Below are positions 17,270-28,664 of a stretch of 64,000 nucleotides of DNA, piece after piece. This DNA comes from Macrostomum lignano (Eukaryota). The translations under genes were made by a program, and so were the position numbers. The notes under the pieces are model-generated. The model was not told the DNA's origin, ran no database searches, and saw nothing but the letters and a program-made list of their open reading frames with translations. Location of the stretch: assembly GCA_002269645.1 (NCBI GenBank), contig NIVC01003777.1, positions 13,257 through 77,256 of the forward strand, written 5' to 3'. Numbering within the stretch: position 1 is the stretch's first letter; each line of letters opens with the position of its first letter.

Positions 17270-18278
17270 ATGCAGGGATTCCCCGAGCGATATTCAAGAT
17301 CGATATTCGGAAATAACAAAAATCTCTGCTTTTAAAGCACCAAACGCCATGATTTTTTACAGAAGAAACATCACCCACGAGATAAACCGACTTAAAAAAA
17401 ATTACGGCTACAGATTGAAAGGATTTTTTACAATTTGCCAAAAACTGGTGCTTCCCTATCTCCACAATGCATTAGATTGATATTCGATTTCTTAGTGTCT
17501 GGGTGAAGTCCTGCATGTCAATTTTCAGCGACAGAGAGCAAGCAGAAGTACTCGAAATCGAATATCAATCTAATAATGCATTGTGGAGATAGGAACATCA
17601 GTTTTTCTCGAATAGTTCTCGAGCATGAAGCTTTGAGTTCGGTTTGAGTTATGATAATCGCTTAGTGTCTGGGTGAAGTCCTGCATGTCAATTTTCAGCG
17701 ACAGAGAGCAAGCAGAAGTACTCGAAATCGAATATCAATCTAATGCATTGTGGAGATAGGAACATCAGTTTTTCTCGAATAGTTCTCGAGCATGAAGCTT
17801 TGAGTTCGGTTTGAGTTATGATAATCGCTTAGTGTCTGGGTGAAGTCCTGCATGTCAATTTTCAGCGACAGAGAGCAAGCAGAAGTACTCGAAATCGAAT
17901 ATCAATCTAATGCATTGTGGAGATAGGAACATCAGTTTTTCTCGAATAGTTCTCGAGCATGAAGCTTTGAGTTCGGTTTGAGTTATGATAATCGCTTAGT
18001 GTCTGGGTGAAGTCCTGCATGTCAATTTTCAGCGACAAAGAGCAAGCAGAAGTACTCGAAATCGAATATCAACTAAATGCATTGTGGAGATAGGGAAGCA
18101 CCAGTTTTTGGCAAATTGTAAAAAATCCTTTCAATCTGTAGCCGTAATTTTTTTAAGTCGGTTTATCTCGTGGGTGATGTTTCTTCTGTAAAAAATCATG
18201 GCGTTTGGTGCTTTAAAAGCAGAGATTTTTGTTATTTCCGAATATCGATCTTGAATATCGCTCGGGGAATCCCTGCAT
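17270..18278. mobile_element. Non-autonomous foldback/Mutator-like element with ~220-bp TIRs, 9-bp TSD and an internal 167-bp tandem array
   Basis: 17270-17490 is the reverse complement of 18058-18278. ACCTTCTAC flanks both ends (17261-17269, 18279-18287). Units start at 17491, 17661, 17828, 17995. Confidence 0.9.
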
Positions 18279-18653
18279 ACCTTCTACACTATGCATTAAA
18301 AATGCATCTTTGATTTAATTATATATATATATTCAGATTCTCTAATTTTAACGACTTCGAAAAGCGGACGGCGGACTTGGTCGAAAATTATAATATAACG
18401 CCAGTCATTCAGGGGAGTTTAAATTAGTTTGTTACATTCAAAACATTTTTTAGCTTTTGTTTTGCAGGATTACTCAGTGAAAAGTTATCGTTCTATCGCA
18501 CAACAATGCTGTCAAAAATCCATCTGGATCATAAAGATTCCAAATTACTTTCCGGTGGCTTTGTTATCTTGACATCCCCTTCCAATCATCGCAGGCCTAT
18601 TTAAAATTACCGTGCATTTGCATGTTGGAAAGAGCAGTAGTAAAGTCCGTGCC

Positions 18654-18687
<34 letters not shown>

Positions 18688-18783
18688 AGCAACAGCAGCA
18701 TTGCTTCCCTTTTTGCCGCGGTCGCGACGGGCGACGCAACTTTGAAAAATCTATGATAAATCATATAACATCAACGTAACATC

Positions 18784-19055
18784 CAGGCGCGTCGCCATAG
18801 ATTTTATGGTTCGGGGACAAAAGCCAAGAATTCTACATGTACCTTATTTTCAGAATTGGTGTTATCAGCGATCATTTTAGCGCTGCAGGCACTCATTTTA
18901 GGTTTTTTTCGCACTGAAGCAAAATTATTGATTTGCATACAACAGGTCAATAATAAAGGTGGGGTAAGGGGGACAAAGCATACTCGAAATGTGTCCCCCC
19001 CAAAACTTTTACTGACAGGACATGTCCCAACTCCCGCCTGGTGGCGACGCCCCGG
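18784..19055. mobile_element. hAT-like MITE, same family as 30667-30954
   Basis: Termini CAGGCGCGTCGCCA / TGGCGACGCCCCGG; internal GGACAAAAGCCAAGAATTC shared in inverted form with the 30.7-kb copy; only a partial TSD (AACATC). Confidence 0.7.
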
Positions 19056-20388
19056 AACATCACATGAAGTAAACTCAAGCGAAATTAATAAGTGTTGATA
19101 ATAGTACATGCTCACATTCATTTTTACCTGCTGTTATTTGTTTGTTAAATCAGTGAGGTGAGACGGGTCTGCCAGGCCGCAACATTTCAGCATAGTTTTA
19201 GCGCAGCGGGCGAGATTTATTTCAATGAGAATGGCACTCTCATTTTCGCTAAGGGGTCAGCTGACTCCATTGTCCTCCTCTGAATGGCTCTAATCCAGGA
19301 GTCTTCAACTCATACAGGTGAATTTTGCGTCCATCCACAACGTTAAAAATATGTTTCTGTTCTGTAATTTTAGGAGCTTTTGATTTTAGCTGTTCGAATA
19401 TCTTATTTTTAAACCTAAAAATTAAAAAAAATATTGAGCATTCTGGAGCAGCACTCTTCTTACTGATTAAAACCTGTTTCTGCAAATATATTTGAATTTT
19501 TTAGTTGTTTAAATCCATTGATGGTTTTCGGCCTTTCGGCCCCCTTTTGGGGAAGCCTTCGGGCCTCAGGTCGCAGAAATAAATCAATTAGAGTCCTGGC
19601 CCCCCACTCCTGTCAGATGGTCAGCCCCATGGTAGCTTGATCGTGTGGCGAGCAGTCTAGGTCCTATAGCTAAGAGAGGGACAGCGAGAGACAAGCAGGG
19701 AGGATTTTGAAGGTAGAGATTAGCTAATCCGCAGATTAACTAACCCGCTGCCATCAGCCCGTGCGTCCTGGCTCACCAAACCGGGACTTTCGAAATCGGG
19801 CTTCCGACTAGAGGGGGCTTGGCACTTACCTGCCAACTAGTGTCTTTTTGATGTCAATCTCGAAGTCACAGCCGATGATAAGGGACACTGCTGGGACTTG
19901 ATCGCATTGGCCATGCAGGTACAGAGGGGACTTGTGCAGGGGATTCTTGCAGTGGCGAGACTATTGGGGTAGCTACATGTACTATTACATTGCTAAATAC
20001 GAAGAATTGTACTTTTGGCCTTAGACGCGCCAACTAGCTTCTCGTAGCGCTGATGATAGGCTAACTCGAACATCGGAGACCGCATGATTCATTACCATGA
20101 TGCATGATGCATAGCAGATTCATGGTAGCAGAATAGGCCTGGAAATTAATTTGTTCCATCTATTTTGTACAAATCACGACAAATTTCAAAACGCAGGTTT
20201 ACAATCTACTGAATGATAGACTGTTGCAAAGAGAAACATCTTGTAGAATCTGCTAATACTTTTCTTACTGTACATTTTGCACTAAACCAAACTTGGACGT
20301 AGTTATGTGGAATTGATTTAAAGCTTAAAGTTCTAAATTTAATTCTTATCAGCATTAAGGCTGGTGGGATTTATGCTTTATGGATCAG

Positions 20389-22160
20389 TGGAGACAGGTA
20401 CCATCATATTAAGGATCGGGAGAGACAGGTAACGTCTGTATTAAGGATCGGGGCAGACAAGTACCATCTATATTAAGGATTGGGCAGACAGGTACCATCT
20501 ATATTAAGGATCGGGGCAGACAGGTACCATCTATATTAAGGATTGGGCAGACAGGTACCATCTGTATTAAGGATTGGGCAGACAGGTACCATCTGTATTA
20601 AGGATCGGAGCAGACAGGTACCATCTATATTAAGGATCGGGGCAGACAGGTACCATCTGTATTAAGGATCGGGGCAGACAGGTACCATCTGTATTAAGGA
20701 TCGGGGCAGACAGGTACCATCTGTATTAAGGATTGGGCAGACAGGTACCATCTATATTAAGGATCAGGGCAGACAGGTACCATCTGTATTAAGGATTGGG
20801 CAGACAGGTACCATCTATATTAAGGATCGGGGCAGACAGGTACCATCTATATTAAGGATTGGGCAGACAGGTACCATCTGTATTAAGGATTGGGCAGACA
20901 GGTACCATCTGTATTAAGGATTGGGCAGACAGGTACCATCTATATTAAGGATCGGGGCAGACAGGTACCATCTGTATTAAGGATCGGGGCAGACAGGTAC
21001 CATCTGTATTAAGGATCAGGGCAGACAGGTACCATCTGTATTAAGGATCGGGACAGACAGGTACCATCTGTATTAAGGATTGGGCAGACAGGTACCATCT
21101 ATATTAAGGATTGGGGCAGACAGGTACCATCTGTATTAAGGATCAGGACAGACAGGTACAGGTACCATCTGTATTAAGGATTGGGTAGACAGGTACCATC
21201 TGTATTAAGGATTGGGCAGACAGGTACCATCTATATTAAGGATCAGGGCAGACAGGTACCATCTGTATTAAGGATCGGGACAGACAGGTACCATCTGTAT
21301 TAAGGATTGGGCAGACAGGTACCATCTGTATTAAGGATCGGGGCAGACAGGTACCATCTGTATTAAGGATTGGGCAGACAGGTACCATCTATATTAAGGA
21401 TCGGGGCAGACAGGTACCATCTGTATTAAGGATCGGGGCAGACAGGTACCATCTGTATTAAGGATCGGGGCAGACAGGTACCATCTGTATTAAGGATTGG
21501 GTAGACAGGTACCATCTATATTAAGGATCGGGGCAGACAGGTACCATCTGTATTAAGGATTGGGCAGACAGGTACCATCTATATTAAGGATTGGGGCAGA
21601 CAGGTACCATCTGTATTAAGGATCAGGACAGACAGGTACAGGTACCATCTATATTAAGGATCAGGACAGACAGGTACCATCTGTATTAAGGATTGGGCAG
21701 ACAGGTACCATCTGTATTAAGGATTGGGCAGACAGGTACCATCTATATTAAGGATCAGGACAGACAGGTACAGGTACCATCTATATTAAGGATCGGGGCA
21801 GACAGGTACCATCTGTATTAAGGATCAGGACAGACAGGTACAGGTACCATCTGTATTAAGGATTGGGTAGACAGGTACCATCTATATTAAGGATCGGGGC
21901 AGACAGGTACCATCTGTATTAAGGATCGGGGCAGACAGGTACCATCTATATTAAGGATCAGGACAGACAGGTACCATCTGTATTAAGGATCGGGGCAGAC
22001 AGGTACCATCTATATTAAGGATCAGGACAGACAGGTACCATCTGTATTAAGGATTGGGCAGACAGGTACCATCTATATTAAGGATCGGGGCAGACAGGTA
22101 CCATCTATATTAAGGATTGGGCAGACAGGTACCATCTGTATTAAGGATTGGGTAGACAGG
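20389..22160. repeat. 31-32-bp minisatellite (GACAGGTACCATCT[G/A]TATTAAGGATCGGGGCA), about 55 units
   Basis: Direct reading; a related unit occurs in reverse orientation at 32242-32487. Confidence 0.97.
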
Positions 22161-22242
22161 TAGAAGGATCAAGGTAGGCAGGAAGCGACTCACTGAATAA
22201 TTGGGTCCATCAGTTTCAAGTTCTATCTATACAATATATAAC

Positions 22243-23243
22243 TTAGGACTCAGAGATGATGTGAAAGTCTAGCGAAGTCTCTGGCTGCGGCTGCACCAGC
22301 AGGATCGGCAGGATGAAGGCGGCTGCCAGAGCGGCAGTCAGCGCGCTGAGCAGCAGGGAGCCGCCGGCGTACCGTCCGGCTTTGAAGGCCGTCAGGGCAG
22401 CCAGTTCGAACTCGCTGCGAGCGAAATACGAGCGAGAATAGCGGCAGCTTTGAATGGCCCGGAGCGCCAGGTTCATGCCGCAGCCCAGCTCCATGAGGAA
22501 CAGGTAGGGCGCCAGCAGCAACTGTACAATGAGGCTGGCCACGCACAGCCAGTAGTAGTCTATGGGGGGCCTGTTGGGCCCCACGTTAAACAGCCGGGCA
22601 TAGGCGATTGGGCTCTTCTTTTGCGATACGTCCTCCAGAACGTAGTCTGAGCTGGGGTCCTCGTCATCTGAGACTGTTGGGTTTGGTTGGTGTGAGTTGA
22701 TTTGGGTGGATGAGTTTTAGTGAATGGTTTTGGGTGAATGAATATGGATAAATCGGTTTGGGTGAATGTGTTTGGGTGAATAACTTTTAGTGAATGGTTT
22801 TGGGTGAATGAGTTTTGGTGATTGGGTTTGGGTGAATGAGTTTGGGTGATTGGGTTTGGGTGATTGGGTTTGGGTGATTGGGTTTGGGTGATTGGGTTTG
22901 GGTGATTGGGTTTGGGTGATTGGGTTTGGGTGATTGGGTTTGGGTGATTGGGTTTGGGTGATTGGGTTTGGGTGATTGGGTTTGGGTGATTGGGTTTGGG
23001 TGATTGGGTATATGTGAATAATAAGTCTGAGCTGAATACGTTCTGTAATTCATGAGTTCTTCAATTGGCAAGAACGCCGGGCCCAAACCATATGCACGCG
23101 GCGACCAGCTCACCTATGTTATTGAGCTGCACGTACTTTCCGTGCTCGGCGGCGGTCTGCCCGTCCATGCCGAATGCAGTCGCCGCAGGCGTGGCAGCCG
23201 GGGAAACTGAAGGCTCCGTTGATTCCGGCTGTTGATGACTCAT
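22243..23243 (-). CDS. CD225/dispanin (IFITM/PRRT-like) membrane protein, 2 exons: 23243-23114 and 22667-22243 (184 aa)
   Basis: Phase-1 GT-AG junction NNI(G|AT)DEDP. PPIDYYWLCVASL...RAIQSCRYSRSYFARSEFELAALTAFKAGRYAGGSLLL fits the CD225 pattern P.DY......S...A...S..SR.....D...A...S.KA followed by a C-terminal TM helix. Confidence 0.7.
22795..23010. repeat. 14-bp minisatellite (TGATTGGGTTTGGG) in the dispanin intron
   Basis: Direct reading. Confidence 0.93.
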
Positions 23244-24006
23244 CAATCGATGGGGACAGGGGTGACAGCTGAGCGCAATCGCTGCTTTATAGTTTAGGTG
23301 ACAGGCCAAAATCTGTATTGCATAAAACGCAGGTGGCTCCAGCTTTTAAACTGCACTACAAGGTACATTAAAATATCTGTTTCAATTCTTTGCCTACGCA
23401 GTGAAATACTCATTTTGTGTTTGCAAAGGTACATAATTTTCCTGTACTGCAAAGATAAACAAACTGTGCGCTAAACCGCATGCAGGTTGGGCTACTGAGA
23501 TCAAACCTATGGTGAATTCTTATCTTAGCCAGGCTGCAGCTGAAACCGCAGTTGTACAGCTCTGGTGAAATTGGCATATTTTACATGAACTTTTCAGAAC
23601 TAATGAGCTACGTGTGGTGTTTAAGTAGGACTGGTACGACAGGACTGACTTGGCCGAGGAGAGAGATTCTCAGAAATGACATTCTAATTCTTATAAGGGG
23701 ACCGAGGGTAGAATTCTTATCTGCGTTTGATTGTGATTTATACAGTGGATGGATTTTCTGACTAGTAAAAGACAACTCAAGTAGCAGCTAAAGGACGCTC
23801 GACACTCTACAAATTGGGCCGGCAGATTTCACTGGAGCCGCTCCAAAATGCAGTAGCAAGAAAAAATTTTTCAGTTTTTCCGTTCTAGTCTCTCAAGAAT
23901 TCAGTCATCACTCCAGACTCCGTCGCCACCTTCAGCAGGTGGCTCCTGGTGTCTATGGACAATTGTGCAGGTGTAATCGATTATTGTTATTATTAAAGGG
24001 TGGATG

Positions 24007-24701
24007 CACAGAACTTACACAGAATGCTCAATCAGCGATTTAATGAAATTAAACTGCGTAGAAAAAGGTATGCGTACAAACTACTAATCCGGTGAAGAAA
24101 CATAAGTAGCCATAGACATAGCCATCATGGAGCAAATCTTTCTTGGCAGTGACAAATCCTATTTCCAACAGAAAGGCGTTGGCAAAGACCTTCAGCGAAA
24201 ATTTGCTGCAGCGAATCAGCCCGCTCTCAATCTGCACATTGAGTCCCATTCGGTAAGTTGTGCAATCAGCTTTGCAGCGCTGTATTGCCGCCTACGGCTG
24301 CACCATTGGTGCAGCAATCAACGACGGGAAACTCAAAGGCAAAGGAAGAGGAAGCAAGTGTTCGGCGCAGACGCAGTGAGCAAGAAATTTTTGCGAATGA
24401 ACGTTGGCAACTAATGGCAGTGCTTTAATGACACTTTTCCGTTTTTTATCCAACTTTTTGAGTTGCATCACTTCAAAACTTTTTGTGCTCCAGTTTAACT
24501 GGTTTCTACGTTTCACGTTTCGATTGCTGCATGGTTTCTGGTTACTGACTTAATAAATCAGGCGGTCTTGTGCTACACACTTGAGTATTAGTCTATGGCT
24601 ACTTATGTTTCTTCACCGGATTAGTAGTTTGTACGCATATCTATTTCTACGCAGTTTAATTTCATTAAATCGCTGATTGAGCATTCTGTGTAAGTTCTGT
24701 G
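24007..24701. mobile_element. Non-autonomous DNA transposon with ~115-bp TIRs and 8-bp TSD (P- or hAT-type)
   Basis: CACAGAACTTACACAGAATGC...GCCATAGAC is inverted at 24592-24701. GGTGGATG is duplicated at 23999-24006 and 24702-24709. Confidence 0.9.
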
Positions 24702-24709
24702 GGTGGATG

Positions 24710-24948
24710 TGCAACCAACAGCTCAGTCGCAGCTATTGCGCGGCGCATCTGAAGGCTGCGTACGGCTGTTCAGTCCAAGGACTGGGGGGTCGCCACACAC
24801 CCTCAATTACCCCAGCTAATGCTGGCACCCATTTTACAGCTGGGTGAACTGAAGTAATACAGAGAATTAAGTGTCTTGTTCAAGAACATAATTTGTTCCG
24901 AGTAGGTCGAGAATCGAACCCCCGACTTTTCAGTCGTGAGTCCGACGC
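24710..24948 (-). mobile_element. SINE copy (same family as 14305)
   Basis: Reverse B box GAATCGAACC at 24911; CCCATTTTACAGCTGGGTGAACTGAAG core; shared 3' segment CTGAGCTGTTGGTTGCACAT. Confidence 0.85.
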
Positions 24949-25338
24949 AGATGCGATCTCGATTCGGCAATAAGAGTTGAAACCGTTAAGTTCCCTCCTT
25001 TTTAACAAACGAAAGGATATATTTGCTGTTTAATTATCTTTTCCACAACTCGTAGTTTGCAAAAGTTGGAACAGATGTGTTTACTTATGCGTTTCCTCTT
25101 GTTGAAGCAAAGGAATCAGGGTTCCAGGGCTTTGGAATACCAGTATTACGCATAAAAACACTTAATTCGAACAAACGGAAGAAAATGTTATGCATGTGCT
25201 TCATATGATTTAAGCATTGAAAATCTGAAGGGGAAACAGACTTCGTAGCAATAAGCAGTATGCTAAATAATTTTCCTGTTTTAAGGAGTCTCCATAACAT
25301 CTACTTTTTGCACTTTTTTCTCCTTTTGCCAGCATCAG

Positions 25339-28300
25339 TCAGTAGTAGTTAATCAGCGCGATCAACACAGTGACAGTCACCAGGAGGCTCGCAGTCGGCA
25401 GTCTCAAGCAACCTCGTTTTTCTAGGGTTGGCGGACACTCGCTGCCGCCACCGCCGTTCTCTCGCTGCAGACCCGCGGCTTGGCAGGTCAACAAGTCGCT
25501 GTCGCAGGTCACAGGCCGGCCATCGCACTGCGCCTGGTGCAGTAGCACGGACACCGAGTTGCTCGACTCCCAATCGGCTGCCGTCAGCGAGATCTGTTCA
25601 AGATCGATCGGGTTTTATGAGATTCCATTTTTAAGCATTTTGAAGCTTTACACAGCCTTACCTGAAGCAGCAAAAACATTCGCTGGTCTTCGAATAGACT
25701 ATCGTGTATCTCTTGCAGCTCGCACTTCACGATGTCTCCGCTGATGTAAACAGACGGTGTCGAGTAATTGAGACTGGAGTTCAGCTGGATGTTGCACACA
25801 GAGTCAGTGGACCTCAGCAATGGTTTTACGCTCAGGTAGACAGCCGTGCACTTGTCGGAGGAGCAGAAGATGCTCCGTTGCAGCAGCTCAACCTCGATAG
25901 GAATTTCGTCTCGCCTGGCGATCTCAAACTCGCAGCCGGGACCCCAGAATCCGTCCATGCAGGCGCATTCGCCACTTAGACACTGGCCTCTGCCTGAGCA
26001 GTTTGATGGGCACAGATCTTCAACCAGAGCCTCAATCTTGCTGGAGTTTCCCAGAACCACGGATGCATTGTAGGTCATCTCTGTGTAGCACATGCCCAGC
26101 ATCGAGTTAAACAGGGACTGAGTCGAGTCGAATGTTCCAAGCACAGTGGCATATTGAGCACATATAAGCTTAAACTGGCTGATATAATCTGCTTGACCGG
26201 TGGGATCTTTCATTTGAGCACAGATGTCAGTGCTGACAGACCTTCTCAGCTGAAGCTGCACGAACGTGTTGCAGAACTCATCTGCCTCTTTCTGCGATAT
26301 TTCTCTTTTTGGGAGTTGCTGAAAGGAAACCGCGCCTTTATTTACAGGGGCTGCTTCAGCCGTTCGTTTGTCTCTTTTGACATTATTAATTGATACGAAG
26401 CAGTTGCTCGTCAGTAATTCTTTTTTACCACACGTGCAGATGCCAAGAATTTCAGTGGGCTGGATTCGTTTAGAATAGTCTTTAATGGCGGGCATTTGAA
26501 ACTGAGAAGAGAACATGTTGTCTATATTACTATCGATTGGGCCTCGATTTGATCCATAAATAAGTCCTTCCACCATGTTTGGTGTATCGTAAAATCCGGG
26601 CACAACCATCACATCCAGAGCGATTCGGCCATTTCCAACAGGATAAAAGCTCTTTGCACAAGAAGACGCAGCTTGCATATTTGCGTTACTCATTACAAAG
26701 TTCCCAAGGCAGTCTCTTAAAGAGCCAGTCCTGAAGCCCCACACGTAGAGAATCGTTCCATACAATTTGAAGCGGATTTTCATTGCATATCCAACGTTTT
26801 CTGCTGTCACCCCGAAAGGCAATCCGTCTCGTTCAAGTGGTAATGTCAAATTTCGGCGACTCGAATCCCGATCTCTCGGAGGAACTTTATATGTAACTTC
26901 CGGATTTTGAATAGATCCGGTTGAACTGCTACCTCGAATCGAAATTATGTAGTACAAATAGCGCATTGATATTTCCGTTACGTACCAGCCATCCACTTTC
27001 ACTTGTATCTCATAAGGGAGGATTCTGTGAGCCAATAAGCTGTAGTAGCCATTACTAATACCGAAAGTTTCCTCGGATGTGTAGGCTGACTTTGCCGTCT
27101 TCACCTGGGGATCGGTGTAAAGATGCAAATAGGTAGTGACGTCTGTCATTAATCTTGACAAGTCAACTTTCATTTCGATATTCTGGATTTTAAGAGGGAA
27201 CCAAGTACCATTGCTCAAAACAGTGAAAAGACCGTCTGCCATTGAAGCGAATGAAATATTCACTTTGATAATGCTGATCTGCTGACCCTTTGTCAAACCG
27301 AGCGGGATTCGATTGTCAGGATCATGATTGTAGAGCATCATATCGATGCACACCTTCTTGTTTTTGCGCCGGTCGTTTTTCATCGCAAATCCACAACTCA
27401 AACTTTCATTTCCATCGCGTCTTATAATAGAAACATCAATTTGATCAGTTGAAATAATCTGCTGTCTACCCACTGAGACGAAAAACTGTACTTCTGTTAA
27501 GGCAGGAATGTTCACTGAGTCGATGCATAGAGAAGTCGGCTCATTCGGTGTGATCACATCTCTGGCTCCTTGAAAATAGTGCTTGAAGTAAAATCCGTGA
27601 CTATTCGAAACTACAGGCATGGAGTTGTACTCAGCTCCAGAGTTTCGGCATTTCGCACGACTACGACAAGTTAGTGATCCGCCATACACATTGGTTTCTC
27701 TGGCAAGTACATACTCGGACCTGCACTCAAAAGTTCGGTTTTTGCCAACCCCAATAGAGATATTATTCGAAACGCATTTCTGAATCAGCACTGACGTTCC
27801 ATTTCTAAAGTTCAGCTCAAACTCTATCCGATAAAGCACTCCATTAGCCTCGCTTGTGTTGACTTGGAAAGAAGCAAAAACGTTGCACCTAAAAAGAGCT
27901 TTGTACTGACCATTAGGTTTCACTTCATAATCTAAGCGCAACTGAGGCGCTAAAGCATTCTCGGTCAGCTTTGGCAGACACTGTGTTTGTCTGATACAGG
28001 GCTCGAACCCTGTGCCTTCCACGGAGATGAGGCCAGCGTCGCAGGGTGCCTTGCTTCCTATGCAATAGTGATTAAGAAAGCTCGGTAAAGGCTGAAGGTA
28101 GTACAGAGTCAGCTCAGAGAAGCACTTCAGAATGCGCACTGGATAGCTTGTGTCGCCAGACAAAAAGCATGAGCCGGTCAGGTTAGGCCGATAGCGGTAT
28201 GCCCTGGCTCTTAACAGGATTCTGTTGGCATTGTCTTCCTGTTTAATGGTTTCGTTAACAAGGAAATACGCTTGTTGACTACCGCAGGCTATGGCGCCTG

Positions 28301-28664
28301 TCGGACAGCCAATTACTAATTGGCCGCCAGCAGGAGATGCCAAACGGTACCAGTCAGCTTTAATGACAGAGAAGTCCACACACGGTAGGTCTGGCGACTC
28401 TCCACAAATCATTGCATTGCCGAGCCTGTGCACTGCTTGTGAGTCGTGAATCACCTGTTTGGATTTCCAATCGGCGCACGGGTCCGAAGTCACGAACAAA
28501 GTTTCGCATCGAATGCCGTAAGAATTAGGAGTGCAGATGCACTCATAATTAAGAGAGTCAAAAGTGCCGCCGTTCTCGCAGATGAGTGAACTGATTGATA
28601 TTGAGCAGTTCAGAGCAACGACCAGAATAGACAGGCTCAAGCTGAGCATACGCTGATGTTGCAT
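25339..28664 (-). CDS. VWDE-like secreted/membrane-anchored protein (EGF, UMOD/D8C-like Cys domain, degenerate vWD, EGF, hydrophobic C-terminus), exons 28664-25662 and 25593-25339 (~1085 aa)
   Basis: Signal peptide MLSLSLSILVVALNCS; EGF CENGG...CICTPNSYGIRC; WYRL...C...CGSQ...VRILKC..LTLYYLQP....YC as in VWDE N-termini; CPSNCSGRGQCLSGECACMDGFWGPGC. A 68-bp GT-AG intron joins LLQ|ISLTAADWESSNSVSVLL in frame to a hydrophobic tail. The ORF-track start at 28694 is a TTG. Confidence 0.8.

Noticed and set aside
17491-18057. Regular repeats here and at 20.4-22.2 kb and 34.2-34.6 kb as CRISPR arrays
   Set aside because: Head-to-tail units without unique spacers, no cas genes, and a eukaryotic context.
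19824-19832. ACTTACCTG as a U1 snRNA 5' end
   Set aside because: No U1 body follows; more simply the reverse complement of a splice-donor-like sequence.
25584-25661. ORF-track C-terminus VRLCKASKCLKM... of the 1036-aa protein
   Set aside because: Read-through into a 68-bp GT-AG intron; splicing gives a family-consistent continuation with a hydrophobic tail.
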